Shown here: piece by piece, positions 62,693-64,000 of the stretch
Layout: each line of letters begins with the position of its first letter
How positions within the stretch are numbered: position 1 is the stretch's first letter
Origin: Pseudomonadota bacterium
GTDB lineage: Bacteria; Campylobacterota; Campylobacteria; Campylobacterales; Sulfurimonadaceae
Assembly (NCBI GenBank): GCA_043797085.1
Contig: JAZDQA010000008.1
Coordinates: forward strand, 138,814 to 202,813
Direction of reading: 5' to 3'
Length of the DNA: 64,000 nucleotides
The notes under the pieces: model-generated
The model's input: the letters and a program-made list of their open reading frames with translations, nothing else
The model's database searches: none
What the model was told of the DNA's origin: nothing
Made by a program: the position numbers and the translations under genes

Positions 62693-62797
62693 TTATTCGC
62701 AATCTTCATTTTCATCGTCTGGAGTATTCCGAGAAATAACTTTGTACAGAAGAAATATAACTGCCAAAATGCTGAACCACATCCAATAAGTATTCAT
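62693..62797 (-). CDS. 34-aa single-pass membrane peptide (below ORF-track cutoff)
   Basis: GGAGG RBS then MNTYWMWFSILAVIFLLYKVISRNTPDDENEDCE*. Confidence 0.55.
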   Translation of the reverse strand: MNTYWMWFSILAVIFLLYKVISRNTPDDENEDCE

Positions 62798-62947
62798 TCA
62801 ATCCTCCAGCTATGATAGTGCACCATTATAGCATGATAGGATATTTTTAAATTTCCTCTGAAGAGTATAAAGAACAAAAGTTACAAAGTTAATTCTGAGA
62901 TTGCATTGACTATACTGTGGTTAAGTTCCAACTTGTAGGAGATACTC

Positions 62948-63790
62948 ATGCACGTCCACCCTTACGTTATGACGAATGCAAATGTCAAGATGCCAGCCCT
63001 TATTTACGGTACGGCATGGAAAAAAGAGCATACCGCTGATTTGGTTGTTCAGGCAGTTTTGAACGGATTTCGAGGCATAGATACTGCATGCCAGCCCAAA
63101 CATTATGAAGAATCGCTCGTGGGTGAGGCGATTGGGCGTTTGAGTAATCACGGAATTATGCGAGAAGAATTGTTTATACAAACCAAATTCACCCCCCTCT
63201 CTGGTCAAGATCCCCAACGCATTCCCTATGATCCTAATGCTGCTTTGGATGTTCAAGTAGCAAATTCTTTCGAAGTGTCAAAACGTAATTTTGGGACTAA
63301 CTATATCGATTCACTCGTTTTGCATTCTCCTCTTTTCCCGTATGCGAACTTCCTGAAAGTATGGAAAGCTATGGAAGAAATTTATCATAGTGGCGGTACA
63401 CGTCAGCTTGGAATTAGTAACTGTTATGATTTGGAGCTCTTGCAGCGACTCTATTTTGATGTAAAAGTAAAACCCTCTGTCGTGCAAAATCGATTTTATT
63501 CCGAGAGTGGATACGATGTCGAATTACGCCAATGGTGCGATGAGCAAGGGATTATTTATCAAAGTTTTTGGAGTTTGACAGCAAATCCTCACATACTGGG
63601 AAGTAAAGCTGTCGTTGATTTGGCACAAAAGTATGATAAAACTCCGGCACAAATCGTATATCGTTACCTGACTCAAATAAGGATCGTTCCCTTGATAGGG
63701 TCAACGTCGCAACAGCACATGAAAGAAGATTTGGAGATTTTTAGTTTTGAGCTTACTCTTGATGAGATGATGGGGATTCAGTTAATTTAG
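62948..63790 (+). CDS. Aldo/keto reductase
   Basis: YGTAWK, GFRGIDTA...Y, LFIQTKF, LVLHSP, LGISN, VQNRF. Confidence 0.88.
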   Translation: MHVHPYVMTNANVKMPALIYGTAWKKEHTADLVVQAVLNGFRGIDTACQPKHYEESLVGEAIGRLSNHGIMREELFIQTKFTPLSGQDPQRIPYDPNAALDVQVANSFEVSKRNFGTNYIDSLVLHSPLFPYANFLKVWKAMEEIYHSGGTRQLGISNCYDLELLQRLYFDVKVKPSVVQNRFYSESGYDVELRQWCDEQGIIYQSFWSLTANPHILGSKAVVDLAQKYDKTPAQIVYRYLTQIRIVPLIGSTSQQHMKEDLEIFSFELTLDEMMGIQLI

Positions 63791-64000
63791 GATCTTCTTT
63801 AAATTAGGTAAAAAATAGAGATCAATATTCATATCTGTAAATTCTTTTCCAAAAAACATCAAAAAACATTTTAGTTTAATATTTATTTCGGTATAGTTTA
63901 CGAATTTAAAATAACAACTATTAATCTTAAAGGTTTTTTATTGAATCTTCTTTCGACTCTCATGGGAGCCTCCCCCTTAATCAACCACCGGATAAACTGC

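Noticed and set aside
63941..64000. Possible CDS starting with TTG at the window end
   Set aside because: Only 20 codons are visible; cannot be supported.

Overview
AT-rich bacterial chromosome segment. Gene content (DUF2603, PglG-like protein, MdaB, MqnK/MenK-like radical SAM, many c-di-GMP genes) points to a Campylobacterota (Epsilonproteobacteria) chemolithotroph, plausibly Sulfuricurvum/Sulfurimonas-like; this is inference, not a database result. Main blocks: (1) 1-14 kb, tRNA-Gly plus signalling genes; (2) 14-35 kb, a Mo-nitrogenase cluster (nifS, nifB, nifV, nifH-orf-nifD-nifK) with an unusual accessory arm (NifX-like, Tpx-like protein lacking its redox Cys, SIR2-like, clpP, clpX; two GNATs, FeoA, CCE_0567-like, BFD-like), interrupted by a CheB/CheR-GGDEF/EAL pair; (3) 35-50 kb, an island with acetate-CoA ligase, PDH E1a/E1b/E2 and an acyl carrier protein, a divergent lipoate ligase-lipA-lpdA-P-type ATPase arm, and stress/repair genes (host-attachment/baeRF-like, AmmeMemoRadiSam, DksA-like, Pcm, exported Hsp20); (4) 50-64 kb, signalling and housekeeping genes, tandem small Cys proteins, a 120-bp inverted-repeat element and an unannotated 34-aa membrane peptide. 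Six promoters share a sigma54-like (A/C/G)GAAY-N5-WTGCA motif, five with a non-canonical first base. All functional calls come from motif recognition by eye.
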